Part shown: positions 29,456-40,081 of the stretch, piece after piece | Layout of the letters: every line of letters starts with the position of its first letter | How positions within the stretch are numbered: the stretch's first letter is position 1 | DNA from: an uncultured Desulfarculus sp. | GTDB lineage: Bacteria > Desulfobacterota > Desulfarculia > Desulfarculales > Desulfarculaceae | Length of the DNA: 64,000 nt | Reading direction: 5' to 3' | Assembly (NCBI GenBank): GCA_963665125.2 | Contig: CAXXUK010000001.1 | Coordinates: 864,001 to 928,000, forward strand | Notes under the pieces: model-generated | Database searches by the model: none | What the model saw: only the letters and a program-made list of their open reading frames with translations | Told to the model about the DNA's origin: nothing | Program-made: the position numbers and the translations under genes

Positions 29456-30040
29456 ATGAAGGTATTGGGGATATACGGAAGCCCTCGCAAGAACGGCAAC
29501 AGCGACATTCTGCTTGAAAAAGCCCTGCAAGGTGCGGCCGACGCCGGTGCCCAGACCGATGCGGTTTATTGCCGCAAGCTGGCCATATCGGGTTGTCTCG
29601 AGTGTGGGGGCTGCGAAAAGACCGGTAAATGCGTCATTGACGACGGCATGCAGGATGTGTACCCGCTGATGCGCCAGGCCGACGCGATCATCCTGGCCGT
29701 GCCGATCTTTTTCTATGGATCGCCGGCCCAGACCAAGGCCCTGATCGACCGGTCCCAGGCCGAATGGTCGCGGCGCTTGCTTGCCAAAAAGACAAAGGAA
29801 GACCGCCGGGCATTCGACAGCGGAAAAGGCTATCTCATCGCCGTGGGAGCCACGCAGGGAAAAAACATGTTTGTCGGCGTCGAGCTTGAAGCCAAGTACT
29901 TTTTCGACGCATTGGATATGTCATATGAAGGAGGCCAATTGGTGCGGGGCATGGAAGCCAAAGGCAGCGTTGCCCAGATGCCCGAGTTGCTCGATGAGGC
30001 CTATGAATTGGGACAAAAAATAGCTAAAAGCGGTGGATAA
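29456..30040 (+). CDS. Iron-sulfur flavoprotein / NADPH-dependent FMN reductase family
   Basis: GSPRKNGNS, CLECGGCEKTGKCVIDDGM, PIFF, KALIDRSQ. Confidence 0.88.
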   Translation: MKVLGIYGSPRKNGNSDILLEKALQGAADAGAQTDAVYCRKLAISGCLECGGCEKTGKCVIDDGMQDVYPLMRQADAIILAVPIFFYGSPAQTKALIDRSQAEWSRRLLAKKTKEDRRAFDSGKGYLIAVGATQGKNMFVGVELEAKYFFDALDMSYEGGQLVRGMEAKGSVAQMPELLDEAYELGQKIAKSGG

Positions 30041-30049
30041 GGAGAAAAA

Positions 30050-30484
30050 ATGGCCAAAGCACTTATCGTATATTCTTCCAGGTCTGGTGAAACCAAAAAG
30101 ATAGCCGCACTCATTGCCGAGGGGCTGCGCTTCACCATGGCCGAAGTGGATATCAAAGACGCCGCCGAAATCAAATCGCCGGAAGCCCTGAAGGGTTATG
30201 ACGGCTATGTGTTCGGCTCGGCCACCTATCATGGTGAAATGCTGCCGGGCATGAAACAGGTGCTTTTCCATGCCGAAAAGGCCAAGCTGGACGGCAAGGT
30301 GGGCGCTGCATTCGGCGCCTACGGCTGGAGCGGCGAGGCGCCCGAGCGTATTTTCGAGACCATGCGCCACATTTTCAACATGGACATGGTCGGCGACAGC
30401 CTGCGTTTGAAGGCGGCCAACCTCGACGGCGCGGTGCCCATGGCCCAAGGCTATGGCAAACAAGTCGGAGAAAAGATGGCCTGA
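30050..30484 (+). CDS. Flavodoxin-domain protein (FprA C-terminal-like)
   Basis: VYSSRSGETKKIA, FGSATY, AFGAYGWSGEA. Confidence 0.88.
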   Translation: MAKALIVYSSRSGETKKIAALIAEGLRFTMAEVDIKDAAEIKSPEALKGYDGYVFGSATYHGEMLPGMKQVLFHAEKAKLDGKVGAAFGAYGWSGEAPERIFETMRHIFNMDMVGDSLRLKAANLDGAVPMAQGYGKQVGEKMA

Positions 30485-30509
30485 CCGCGTTGATGTGAAT
30501 ATACGCTGA

Positions 30510-30543
30510 CAAAACCCGCCTTTCATAAAGGCGGGTTTTTTTT
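30510..30543. terminator. Bidirectional Rho-independent terminator
   Basis: AAAACCCGCCTTT-CAT-AAAGGCGGGTTTT plus T-tract between convergent genes. Confidence 0.85.
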
Positions 30544-30562
30544 CGAGCCGTCGCTGGGGGTA

Positions 30563-32311
30563 TTACGACTGGGTGGCCAGCTTGCCCAGGGCTCGTGTGC
30601 AGGACGGCATTACGCAATTGCGCCCTTTTTGTTTGGCCTCGTACATTGCCTTGTCAGCCCGTTCGACAAGTTGGACCGGCTGGACGCCCTCGCTGGGTGT
30701 CACCGAGGCCACGCCCAGACTCAGGGTAAGAACCTTCGATACCGGGGAATGGCCGTGTTTGATGGCCAGATCGCTGATCTGGGCGCGGATCGTTTCGGCC
30801 ACCGCCTGGGCCTGGGGCAGGTCCGTTTCCGGCAGGCAGATCAAAAATTCTTCGCCTCCATAGCGCGCCACAAGGTCACCGGGCCGGCGGGCATTGTCCC
30901 TGAGCACCTTGGATACCTGCCTGAGGCATTCGTCACCGGCGCCGTGACCGTAGTTGTCGTTGTAGTCCTTGAAACAGTCCACATCGGCCATGATCAACGA
31001 AAGCGGTCTGTTATAGCGCATGTTGCGGTTCCACTCTTCGTTGAGGTGCAGGTCGAACTTTCGCCGGTTGGCCAGGCCGGTCAGGGTGTCCATATCGGAT
31101 TGGATCTTGTATTCCCTGGTTTTTTCGACCAGGGCGACGGTATAGAAGGCCATTGCCGACACAAGGGCCATGGGCATCAGGGTGTCGGTGAAATCCAGGT
31201 AGGGAATCGCGCCGTATATTCTCAACAGGTCTACAGTGGAGGTGGCGTGGCCGATCAGCCAGCCGATGGCGAAATAGCGGGCGTGGGGTATGCCCTTGAT
31301 CCACAAATACAGGGCCGTGCCCGTACTGAACCACGGGCCGACGCCGATCAAGATAAACGAATAAACGGGCGTCGCCGGGTTGTTGAAAATGGCCATGGGG
31401 ATCAGGAAGACTCCCATCCATTGCAGAACTTGGATAACCCGGTCGGCCTTGGGCGCATACCTGTGTATGGAGAGGAATACCCGTAAAAATTTCGCGCCGG
31501 TAAAGTACAAAAAAGAGATGACCAGCAGGTGCAGCAGGTTGTTGTAATGGCGCAGTCCCTGGCCCATCACCTCCTGGACGAAGCCCTGGCGGAAACCAAG
31601 CAGCATGGCGATCATCAGAACGTAGGCCACGAACCACGCCGCAGGCACGCTGTGCAGTCTCCAGGCTATTACCAGAAAATAAATGATGAAACCCAGGCAG
31701 CAGCCGAAGAACAGGCCGTAGCCCATTTGCGACCAGTGATCGTTTCGGAAAAACGCCGTTGGCTCCCATACGCAGAGGGGAAAGGCCATGTCGCCGGTTG
31801 ACCTGAAGCGCATGTAATAGGTGCTTGTGGTGTTGGGCTCCAGGTCCAGGGGAAAGACAATGAGCCTGTTGGGCACCACTTCCGGGCTGCGGACCGAGGC
31901 GTCGCCGCTCAATAACCGTTGGTAGCCGCCCCCGGACGTGGGAATGTAGATGGCCGCGTAATCGGTGACCGGATAGCCGTAGACAAGGTACCTGGACAAC
32001 TTTTCGCCGCCGGGGTTGGCCAAGGTGAACCGCAGCCAGACCGCGCCCTCGACCCTACCCAAATGGGGAATATCACCGGCAATGGACGTGAATTTGGCTG
32101 CGTTGAGTTGGTCCGCCACCGAGTTGATGGACAGTTTTTCATCCGGGTCCGGCAGGTATGCCAAATGTCCGCCCAGGGCCTGGCTGGATTTCTCGGCTGA
32201 CAAGATCAGGGGGGCTTCCGAAGAAGCCAATGCGCCGTGGCCCAGATTCAGAAAAACCAAGGCCGCCAATACTAATATTAAGAGGCTGAGCTGTTTCATG
32301 TTCAAAGTCAT
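30563..32311 (-). CDS. Diguanylate cyclase with 7TMR-DISMED2/7TM-DISM sensor
   Basis: VWLRFTL periplasmic domain, 7 TM helices, DTLTGLANRR, RPGD I-site, RYGGEEF, ADKAMY; start uncertain. Confidence 0.9.
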   Translation of the reverse strand: MTLNMKQLSLLILVLAALVFLNLGHGALASSEAPLILSAEKSSQALGGHLAYLPDPDEKLSINSVADQLNAAKFTSIAGDIPHLGRVEGAVWLRFTLANPGGEKLSRYLVYGYPVTDYAAIYIPTSGGGYQRLLSGDASVRSPEVVPNRLIVFPLDLEPNTTSTYYMRFRSTGDMAFPLCVWEPTAFFRNDHWSQMGYGLFFGCCLGFIIYFLVIAWRLHSVPAAWFVAYVLMIAMLLGFRQGFVQEVMGQGLRHYNNLLHLLVISFLYFTGAKFLRVFLSIHRYAPKADRVIQVLQWMGVFLIPMAIFNNPATPVYSFILIGVGPWFSTGTALYLWIKGIPHARYFAIGWLIGHATSTVDLLRIYGAIPYLDFTDTLMPMALVSAMAFYTVALVEKTREYKIQSDMDTLTGLANRRKFDLHLNEEWNRNMRYNRPLSLIMADVDCFKDYNDNYGHGAGDECLRQVSKVLRDNARRPGDLVARYGGEEFLICLPETDLPQAQAVAETIRAQISDLAIKHGHSPVSKVLTLSLGVASVTPSEGVQPVQLVERADKAMYEAKQKGRNCVMPSCTRALGKLATQS

Positions 32312-32480
32312 GGCTCTAACATTGACGCGATCAGGCCAAAAATCTTTCTGATCATATAGGATTTGCCCGACCAAGGGAATATGGTTTGCGAATATGACGT
32401 GGTCGGACGCCTACGGCCGATTTGATGCCTTGGCGGCCAAGGCACGTTGCCGGCAATTATTCATACAAGGCGACCGTTTA

Positions 32481-34094
32481 TCATCCTTGGCCGATTTCCT
32501 CCAGATTGACCCCCGTGGTTTCTATGGCGAACAGCCAGGTGATCAGCGCTCCCGCCAGCGATGTGCCCACCAGGATGAAGAGCAGGACCTGGGTGCCGAT
32601 ATCCTTTAGCAGGATCGGGAATAAAAACGCAGTGATGATGGCGCCGATTTTGGCGAACGATGCGGCGAAACCGGCCCCCTTGCCGCGGATTTGGGTGGGA
32701 AACACCTCTCCGGCGATGAGGTAGGTCATGGCATTGGGGCCCATGTTGGTCATCAGGTTGAAAATCATGAAACCGGCGAAAATGAGCAGGATGTTCAGCG
32801 CTCCGCTGAAGTTGAGGGAAATGGCGGCCAGGAACAAACCGGCCGCGCAACCGATAAACCCGCTTATTTGCAGTTTGATGCGGCCCATGCGGTCCACCAA
32901 TAGCACCGCAAGCACAATGCCCACCAGAAGCAGCAAATCCAACAGCGCCGCGCCCTTGGCGGCGAGCATGTCGTTTTGAATGATCACCGAGAGGTTATGG
33001 GCGTATTTGGTTTCCGCGCCAATGGTGGAAGCAAGAATGGTGGGGGTGAATATGCCGATGCCATAGGTGCCCAGATCCTGCAGGAACCAGGGCAGGGACG
33101 CCAGGATCGTGGCCCGTTTGTTTTTTCCATTGAACAGCGTCGTATATCCGTTGCCGTTTTGCTTGCCTTGTTCGTCGGGCGGGCAGGTGTCGGGTTTGAT
33201 CAGGTTGATTTCTTTGGGGTATGGGGGATAGCGGTCCAGCAGGCGATGCAGTTCCTGCTCGGCCTGGGCGATTTTATTCTTGGAGACGAGCCAGTGGCCG
33301 CTGTCGGGTATGAAGAAACGCCCCAGGAAAACCAATATTGCCGGCGCGACGGCCGTGGCGTACATCCATCGCCAGGCGGAGAGGTCCGGATTTTCGTACA
33401 GGATCAGATAGCCCACGGCCGTGCCGACCAAGGCCCCCACCGCCTGGAAGCCGAATGCGCTGAGCACCAGCTTGCCCCTGGAGGTGCTGGGTATGGATTC
33501 GGAAATGACCATGTGGGCCGTGGGATAGTCGCAGCCCAGGGCCGTTCCCATGCCGAAGAGACAGGCCAGAAGCCAACCAAAGTTGGAAGCGAGGACGGTG
33601 AGCGCTAAAAACACCGCGAAAAGAACCATCTCAATGATGAATATCAGCTTGCGGCCAAACCGGTCGGCAAGACCGCCCAGGCCCGAGGCGCCGATGAGTA
33701 TGCCCGCCAGGGGCGCCGCGCTGACCAGGCCTTTCTCCATGGCCGTCAGGTCGAATTCCTTGACGATCAGCGGCAGGGCCACACCGGTCATGAACACCAC
33801 CAGGCCTTCGAAGAACTTGCCCGCCGTGGCCAGGCACCAGATGCGCCATTGCATCTGGGTCATGGGGGAAAAGGAGACCTTGGTGCCGTCGGCCCAAACA
33901 GGTGTTTCGTCTATGTATTCCTGGACCGTTTTCCCCTCGGGTGTTGGCTTGTCGGGCTGCAAGTTCGGCTCCGTGGCTGTGGTTGGTTTTTTCGGTGTAT
34001 GACCGCCGCTCCTCGCCGCGCCGGGCACCGATGATACTAACACCAAAATATAAGTGAAACATATCAATAATTTTTGCCCGAGGTTCCCAGTCAT
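32481..34094 (-). CDS. MFS transporter (sugar/aromatic acid type)
   Basis: GGLADRFGRK, DRMGRIK, GEVFPTQIRGKGAG, ETTGVNLEEI; true start may be downstream. Confidence 0.88.
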   Translation of the reverse strand: MTGNLGQKLLICFTYILVLVSSVPGAARSGGHTPKKPTTATEPNLQPDKPTPEGKTVQEYIDETPVWADGTKVSFSPMTQMQWRIWCLATAGKFFEGLVVFMTGVALPLIVKEFDLTAMEKGLVSAAPLAGILIGASGLGGLADRFGRKLIFIIEMVLFAVFLALTVLASNFGWLLACLFGMGTALGCDYPTAHMVISESIPSTSRGKLVLSAFGFQAVGALVGTAVGYLILYENPDLSAWRWMYATAVAPAILVFLGRFFIPDSGHWLVSKNKIAQAEQELHRLLDRYPPYPKEINLIKPDTCPPDEQGKQNGNGYTTLFNGKNKRATILASLPWFLQDLGTYGIGIFTPTILASTIGAETKYAHNLSVIIQNDMLAAKGAALLDLLLLVGIVLAVLLVDRMGRIKLQISGFIGCAAGLFLAAISLNFSGALNILLIFAGFMIFNLMTNMGPNAMTYLIAGEVFPTQIRGKGAGFAASFAKIGAIITAFLFPILLKDIGTQVLLFILVGTSLAGALITWLFAIETTGVNLEEIGQG

Positions 34095-34242
34095 GGGGCG
34101 GGATTATGCAGCGGGAATCGCCAAGTACGGACGGTTAAGGCATACTTGCAACATCCCGTGACAGGTGATAGCATCCATTGTTCCGCAATCTGTTGCAAAG
34201 CCCGTGATTTGGGGCATAAGTTTTCTATTGGGAAATGGCAAA

Positions 34243-35121
34243 ATGACTTTTCAAAACCTGATCCTGGCCCTGCAAAACTACTGGGCCAAACAAGGCTGCA
34301 TCATCGGCCAGCCTTATGATCTGGAAGTGGGCGCGGGAACCTTCAACCCGCACACCCTACTCAGGGTTCTGGGTCCCGAGCCTTGGAGCGTTGCATACGT
34401 CGAGCCTTCGCGCCGGCCCACCGACGGCCGATACGGCGAGAACCCCAACCGCCTGCAGGCCTATTATCAGTTTCAGGTGATTCTCAAGCCTTCGCCGCTC
34501 AACGTCCAGGATCTGTACCTGGATTCGCTCAAGGCCTTTGGCATCGATCCCCTGGAGCACGACATCCGCTTTGTGGAAGACGACTGGGAATCCCCGACCC
34601 TGGGCGCCTGGGGCCTGGGCTGGGAGGTCTGGCTCGACGGCATGGAGGTGACCCAGTTCACCTATTTCCAGCAGGCCGGTTCCATTGACCTGAGCCCGGT
34701 GAGCGTCGAGCTTACCTATGGCCTGGAGCGCATCGCCATGTATTTGCAGGGCGTGGATAATGTCTATGACCTGGAGTGGACCAAGGGCGTCAGCTACGGC
34801 GACGTGCACCACAAGGGCGAATGGGAGCACAGCACCTACAACTTCGAGGTGGCCGATATCGACATGCTTTGGAACCTTTTCGAGTCATATGAAAAGGAAG
34901 CAAAACGCGCCCTGGACATGGGCCTGGTCCTGCCGGGTTATGACTACTGCCTCAAGTGCTCGCACACCTTCAACCTGCTCGAGGCCCGGGGCGCAATCAG
35001 CGTGACCCAGCGCACGGCCTACATCGGCCGCATCCGCGACATGGCCCGCAAGGCCGCCGAGGCCTATGTGAACCAACGCCAGGAGATGGGCCATCCGCTC
35101 GTGAAGAGGGAGGTGGCCTGA
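34243..35121 (+). CDS. glyQ: Glycine--tRNA ligase alpha subunit
   Basis: [48 protein letters not shown]. Confidence 0.98.
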   Translation: MTFQNLILALQNYWAKQGCIIGQPYDLEVGAGTFNPHTLLRVLGPEPWSVAYVEPSRRPTDGRYGENPNRLQAYYQFQVILKPSPLNVQDLYLDSLKAFGIDPLEHDIRFVEDDWESPTLGAWGLGWEVWLDGMEVTQFTYFQQAGSIDLSPVSVELTYGLERIAMYLQGVDNVYDLEWTKGVSYGDVHHKGEWEHSTYNFEVADIDMLWNLFESYEKEAKRALDMGLVLPGYDYCLKCSHTFNLLEARGAISVTQRTAYIGRIRDMARKAAEAYVNQRQEMGHPLVKREVA

Positions 35122-37205
35122 TGGCGCAGTTGCTATTTGAAATCGGCATGGAGGAAATGCCAGCTCGTTTCGTGGCCCCGGCCATCGGGCAGATCAGCGA
35201 ACTGGCCCAAAAGCTCCTGGCCAACGCCGGACTGATCGGCGACGATTCAGCCGTCAAGGCCTATGGCACGCCCCGGCGTCTGGCCGTGGTGGTCGACGGC
35301 CTGGCCCAGCGCCAGCCGGACATGGAAGAGCAGTTCCTGGGCCCGCCCAAGGCCAACGCCTTTGACGCCAACGGCAACCCCACCAAGGCGGCCCTGGGCT
35401 TTGCCAAGAGCCAGGGCGTTGAGGTGGGCCAACTCAAGTCGATCGATACGGCCAAGGGTGAGCGCCTAGGCTACATCAAGCATGTGCCCGGTCAGGACGC
35501 CGAGGCGGTGATGCCCGGCATCCTGCAGAAGATCGTTGAGTCGCTGCACTTCCCCAAAAGCATGCGCTGGGGCGCGGAACAATTCCGCTTCGCCCGGCCC
35601 ATCCATTGGTTCGTGGCCCTGCTGGACGGCAAGGTCGTGCCTCTGGAGATGACCGGCATCAAAAGCGGCAACCAGACCCGTGGCCACCGCTTCATGGCCC
35701 CGGCGGCCATTGAAGTCACCGGCGGCGCGGACTACGTGGAAAAACTGCGCCAGGCCCATGTTTTGGTTGACCGCGACGAGCGCATAGCCGCCACCAGGGC
35801 CGAGGTCGACAAGGCCGCCCGGGAGGCGGGCTTCAACCTGCTGGACGACGAAACCCTGCTGTTGGAAAACGCCGACCTGGTGGAACAGCCCACGGCCTGC
35901 TGCGGCACCTTTGACGAGCAGTTCCTGGAAGTGCCCCGTGAGGTCGTGGTCACTGCCATGCGCGAGCACCAGCGGTATCATTCGCTGGAAGACGACCAGG
36001 GCAAGCTGATGGCCGCGTTCATCGCCGTCAACAACACCAAGCCCAAGGACCTGGCCGTGGTTACGGCCGGTCACCAGAAGGTCCTGCGGGCACGCCTGGC
36101 CGACGCCCGGTTCTTCCTGGACGAAGACCGCAAGCGCGCCCTCATCGACTTCATGGATAATCTGAAGCCGGTGACATATCACGCCAAGCTTGGCTCTAGC
36201 TATGAAAAGGTCCAGCGCATCACGGCCATGGCCCAGTGGCTGGCCGGGGTGCTGGCTCCGGAGCTGGCCGACAAGGCCCAGCGGGCCGCCCGGCTGGCCA
36301 AGTGTGACCTGGTCACCGAAATGGTCGGCGAGTTTCCCTCGTTGCAGGGCGTTGTCGGCGCGGACTATGCCCGCCGGGACAACGAAGACCCCGATGTGGC
36401 CGCTGCCATCGAGGAACACTACATGCCTGCCGGCGCAGACGCGCCGCTGCCCCAGGGCATGGTGGGCCTGCTGGTTGGTTTGGCCGACCGCCTGGACACC
36501 ATCTGCGGCCTGTTCGGCGTGGGCGAAATCCCCACCGGCGCGGCCGACCCCTATGCCCTGCGCAGGACGGCAATCGCCGTGATCAGGCTGATCACCGAAA
36601 AAGAGCTGACCCTGAGCCTGGGCGCGGCCCTTGACAAGGCCCTGGCCGGTCTGGAAGGCAAACTCGCCACTCCGGCCGAAGAGGTGAAAGCCGAGGTGGT
36701 CAAGTTCTTCGCCGCCCGTTTCAGCGGACTTCTGGCCGATGCCGGTGTGCCCACCGACGTTGCCCAGGCCGTGCTGGCCGTGGGGCTGGACGACCTGAGC
36801 GCCACCGCGGCGAGGGCCAAGGCCCTGGCCGCCGTCAAGGACAGCCCGGACTTCGCGCCCCTGGCCGCCGGTATGAAGCGGGTGATGAATATCCTCAAGA
36901 AGGAAGCCGACCAGGTTCCCGACAGCGCGCCCCAGGCCGACGTGATGACCGAGGACGCCGAGCGCGGCCTGTTCGGCGCGTTCCAGGCCCTGGAAGGCGA
37001 GGCCAAGGAGCTGTTCGCAAAGGGGGATTATGCCAGCTTCCTCAAGAAGCTCTCGGAACTCAAAGGCCCCATTGACGCGTTTTTCGACAACGTCATGGTC
37101 ATGGACAAGGACGAGGCCGTACGCCGCAACAGGCTGGCTATCCTGAGCGCCGTGGCCGGGATGTTCAGCGGGCTGGCCGAGTTCACCTATCTGCAACTGG
37201 CCTAG
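35121..37205 (+). CDS. glyS: Glycine--tRNA ligase beta subunit
   Basis: LLFEIGMEEMPA, TPRRL, KSMRWG, ARLADARFF, DPYALRR, FFDNVMVM; TGATG overlap with glyQ. Confidence 0.97.
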   Translation: MAQLLFEIGMEEMPARFVAPAIGQISELAQKLLANAGLIGDDSAVKAYGTPRRLAVVVDGLAQRQPDMEEQFLGPPKANAFDANGNPTKAALGFAKSQGVEVGQLKSIDTAKGERLGYIKHVPGQDAEAVMPGILQKIVESLHFPKSMRWGAEQFRFARPIHWFVALLDGKVVPLEMTGIKSGNQTRGHRFMAPAAIEVTGGADYVEKLRQAHVLVDRDERIAATRAEVDKAAREAGFNLLDDETLLLENADLVEQPTACCGTFDEQFLEVPREVVVTAMREHQRYHSLEDDQGKLMAAFIAVNNTKPKDLAVVTAGHQKVLRARLADARFFLDEDRKRALIDFMDNLKPVTYHAKLGSSYEKVQRITAMAQWLAGVLAPELADKAQRAARLAKCDLVTEMVGEFPSLQGVVGADYARRDNEDPDVAAAIEEHYMPAGADAPLPQGMVGLLVGLADRLDTICGLFGVGEIPTGAADPYALRRTAIAVIRLITEKELTLSLGAALDKALAGLEGKLATPAEEVKAEVVKFFAARFSGLLADAGVPTDVAQAVLAVGLDDLSATAARAKALAAVKDSPDFAPLAAGMKRVMNILKKEADQVPDSAPQADVMTEDAERGLFGAFQALEGEAKELFAKGDYASFLKKLSELKGPIDAFFDNVMVMDKDEAVRRNRLAILSAVAGMFSGLAEFTYLQLA

Positions 37206-37564
37206 CGGACGCAGGACTGATCAGTTTTTTTGAGCGATTCAATATGGTAGCCAAGTGAGTTGGCTTGAGCTACCAGTTTTTTATAGATGCCGGGGGCCAT
37301 TTCCGGAGTGCGGGACAGTATCCAGAGATATTTCTTGTCCGGATGACCCACCATGGCCCAGCGGTAATCCGGATCTAGAGCGATGACCCAGTAGTCGCCC
37401 CAGAACGGGCGAAAAAAGCTGACTTGCAGACGGGCGTTGTTTGAGCCCTCCACCGGCTTGGCCAGGCCTTGGGCTTGGTCCCAGGTGTCGTCAGTTCCCC
37501 GTTTGCACTTGTTTGTCACGGTTACGGAGCCGTCTTTCCGTAATGAATTGTAAACTTCCCTCAT

Positions 37565-38374
37565 TTAGTGCCATTGAAAAGCAGAGATTTCCGGGTCGTT
37601 TAGAGCAAGGTATTCCGATGGCGTCAGGTTGCCGAGGGACTCGTGGGGACGCACCTCGTTGTACTCTTTTAACCATCTATCGGTAATTTCCCGCACCTCG
37701 CTCAAGCTGTTGAAAATGTAAAGGTCCAGGACCTCCTCTCGGTAGGTCCGGTTGAATCGTTCTATGTATGAGTTCTGGGTCGGCTTGCCGGGCTGGATGA
37801 AATCCAATTGCACGCCGTGGTCGTCTGCCCATTCGGCCATGGCCGCACTGACAAATTCCGGTCCATTGTCCATACGCAACTTTTGCGGATACCCCCGCCA
37901 AGCTGCGATGCGTTCCAGCACCCGAAGCACCCTGGGAGCCTGAAGGCTGATATCGATCTCAATCGCCAAACCCTCCCGGTTGAAATCATCCACCACGTTG
38001 AAGGTGCGGAAACGATGGCCACCATACAAGGCATCGCTCATGAAATCTATCGACCAGCAAATATTGGCCAGGTCGGGCACGGTCAGTGGCTCCGGATTCC
38101 TTGATGGCAGGCGCTTTTTGCCCTTACGTCGAAGATTCATTTTCAGCTCGCAGTACACCCGATAAACTCTTTTGTGGTTCCAGCCGTGGCCTTGGCGTTT
38201 GATCACCTGAAATAGCTTGTAAAAGCCCCATCTGGGGTGTTTGTCCGCCAGCGAGGTCAGCGCCCCTATTATGGGCGCATCATCATGCGGTTTGGGCTGG
38301 TAGGCATATACACTCCGGCTTAGATTCAAAGCGCCACAGGCCTTGCGAATGCTCAGCTTATGCTCCCGCCGCAT
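37565..38374 (-). CDS. IS3 transposase OrfB (DDE integrase core), probably expressed by -1 frameshift
   Basis: WSIDFMSD, DNGPEF, QNSYIERFN, YNEVRPHESLG. Confidence 0.93.
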   Translation of the reverse strand: MRREHKLSIRKACGALNLSRSVYAYQPKPHDDAPIIGALTSLADKHPRWGFYKLFQVIKRQGHGWNHKRVYRVYCELKMNLRRKGKKRLPSRNPEPLTVPDLANICWSIDFMSDALYGGHRFRTFNVVDDFNREGLAIEIDISLQAPRVLRVLERIAAWRGYPQKLRMDNGPEFVSAAMAEWADDHGVQLDFIQPGKPTQNSYIERFNRTYREEVLDLYIFNSLSEVREITDRWLKEYNEVRPHESLGNLTPSEYLALNDPEISAFQWH

Positions 38375-38406
38375 AAAGTCGACCAGGCGCCGCCGTTCAG
38401 CCGGTT

Positions 38407-38673
38407 TCAGAGCTTTTTTTCGATGACATCCTTTAAAGCGCGATTCTCCAGGCTCAACTCTGCATACATCTGTTTTAACCGCTGGTTTTCTTCCTCAAGC
38501 TCCTTGAGACGCCTTATGTCCGAGGCCTCCATGCCGCCGTACTTGGATTTCCACTTGTAATAGGTGGCACTGCTGATCCCTTGCTCACGGCAAACATCCT
38601 TGGCTGTCCGGCCTGCTTCAACTTCCTTCAAAATCTTGACTATCTGGCTCTCGGTAAATCTGGTCTTGCGCAT
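38407..38673 (-). CDS. IS3 transposase OrfA (HTH)
   Basis: RFTESQI..GISSATYYKWKSKYGGM..RLKELEEEN; A7G slippery site at 38413-38420. Confidence 0.93.
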   Translation of the reverse strand: MRKTRFTESQIVKILKEVEAGRTAKDVCREQGISSATYYKWKSKYGGMEASDIRRLKELEEENQRLKQMYAELSLENRALKDVIEKKL

Positions 38674-38945
38674 TGCGTAGATTCCTCCTTGCAGGTTACA
38701 TCCTGCCAGAAGTCTCTACCTGTCAGTGGACCTATTTTATGGGATGGTTACAGAATAATCAGCCGTGGAACAGCGGCAGCCTTTTTGAAAGGAGTTGGGA
38801 AAAGAGGCGATTTCATACCACCGGCCCATGTAGCGGTTCAGGTCAACTAGATCGACTACTTCGCCGGGGCCGGGCCGTCGCGTCGAACAACCGGCAGTGA
38901 TGGCCAGAGCGGCCAACAAACAAAGGGCAATGCATTTGGTAATGG

Positions 38946-39917
38946 TCAATTCAGGTCCCGTCCTTTGCCCGAGTCGCTGATGTCCACCAACTCAAGGGGG
39001 TAGGGCGCGAAATAGGTTTGGGCTGCCAGATAGGGGTTGTCGTAGCGAACCACCCAGGAATGCAGGACGGCCAACAGGGCGCTCAGAGGCGTGCGGCCCT
39101 GGCGGTACTGCTCTATCAGCTCACCAAAAAACTGTTTTTCCGATGTGTTAAGCTGTTTCTTAAAGTATCCCATTATGTGTTCAATGGCGTTGATATGGCT
39201 GGTGTAGCGGGCGCCGCGCTTCATGGCCTGGGACAGGCTTTGGCCGTAATTTGCCACTACCGTGGCAAATGATTGGCCGCCGGGGTTGGCCACGATGCGG
39301 CCCATGACCCGCATCTGCTGCTGGTTGTAGGCCATCAACAACAGCTTGTTGGCCGAGTGAAACTGCACCAGGCAGCCCATGGAACCCGAAGCGGCAACCT
39401 CTCGCAAAGAGGCCAGGGTGAAAAGTTTGGTCAGGAAATGCTCCCGCAGGCTAAAGTTCCTGATCCGGCCGTCGTGCTCCACGGCCGCATGTGGAAATCG
39501 CTCCTGGGCCACGCCGCCGAAGACTCCCTTGCCTTTTTGGGATGCGGCCCCCCGCTGGGGACCATGGTAGATCTTTACGTCATAGGGCCCGCAGGACGGC
39601 GAACGGTTTTTCAGAACAAAGCCGTCGATAGCGGCCAGGGATTCCAGATGTTTTTTACAGAAACGCCGCATTTCGTCGGTGTGATCCAGGTCCGTGTCGG
39701 GCTGGAATACCCGTATGCCACCCGCGGATGATATCAGCCGGATGGGTTTGCGGGGCACGCCCAAACCGATCTCCACCTCGGGGCAGACCGGCAGGTAGTC
39801 CGCGAATTGCCCCAGGCGGGCCACGAAATCGTCATGGATAATATCGCCGTTCCAGCGGCAGGCTTCAAAGCCCAGGCATTTGCTGACCACGACTCTGGGC
39901 CGGGCATAAGAGAGCAT
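38946..39917 (-). CDS. DUF523/DUF1722 (YbgA-family) protein
   Basis: SKCLG..CRWNG, VCPEVEIGLGVPR, LKNRSPSCG, FHSANKLLLMA, GYFKK, YLAAQTYFAPYP. Confidence 0.9.
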   Translation of the reverse strand: MLSYARPRVVVSKCLGFEACRWNGDIIHDDFVARLGQFADYLPVCPEVEIGLGVPRKPIRLISSAGGIRVFQPDTDLDHTDEMRRFCKKHLESLAAIDGFVLKNRSPSCGPYDVKIYHGPQRGAASQKGKGVFGGVAQERFPHAAVEHDGRIRNFSLREHFLTKLFTLASLREVAASGSMGCLVQFHSANKLLLMAYNQQQMRVMGRIVANPGGQSFATVVANYGQSLSQAMKRGARYTSHINAIEHIMGYFKKQLNTSEKQFFGELIEQYRQGRTPLSALLAVLHSWVVRYDNPYLAAQTYFAPYPLELVDISDSGKGRDLN

Positions 39918-40081
39918 GGGGTCCCCCTGGTTGAATAATTTCCCTAGGGCGGCTTTATTCCAGATTGATTCAGCGGCCTTGGCCAGTCAAGAAAAGCCAC
40001 AAAAAACATTCAACATGGTGAATTGCACGGGATGGTTTTGTCATTCCGGGCTGTTGGGTGTGATGTGTTAATTCGTCTTAT

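Larger units (their letters stand above)
37549..38752 (-). mobile_element. IS3-family insertion sequence (IS407-group-like), 1204 bp, 4-bp target duplication GAAT
   Basis: TG..CA ends; imperfect IRs TGTAAACTTCCC / TGTAACCATCCC; GAAT at 37545-37548 and 38753-38756. Confidence 0.95.
37202..38949 (-). pseudogene. blc: Lipocalin (Blc-like) lipoprotein gene interrupted by IS3-family element
   Basis: 5' part TAGC..DLNRYMGRWYEIA..CSTADYS; 3' part LRKDGSVTVTNKC..VSFFRPFWGDYW..YLWILSRTP; rejoins in frame when the IS and one GAAT are removed. Confidence 0.92.

Noticed and set aside
37202..37564. Independent 120-aa gene
   Set aside because: It is the 3' fragment of the interrupted lipocalin; its ATG lies inside the IS end
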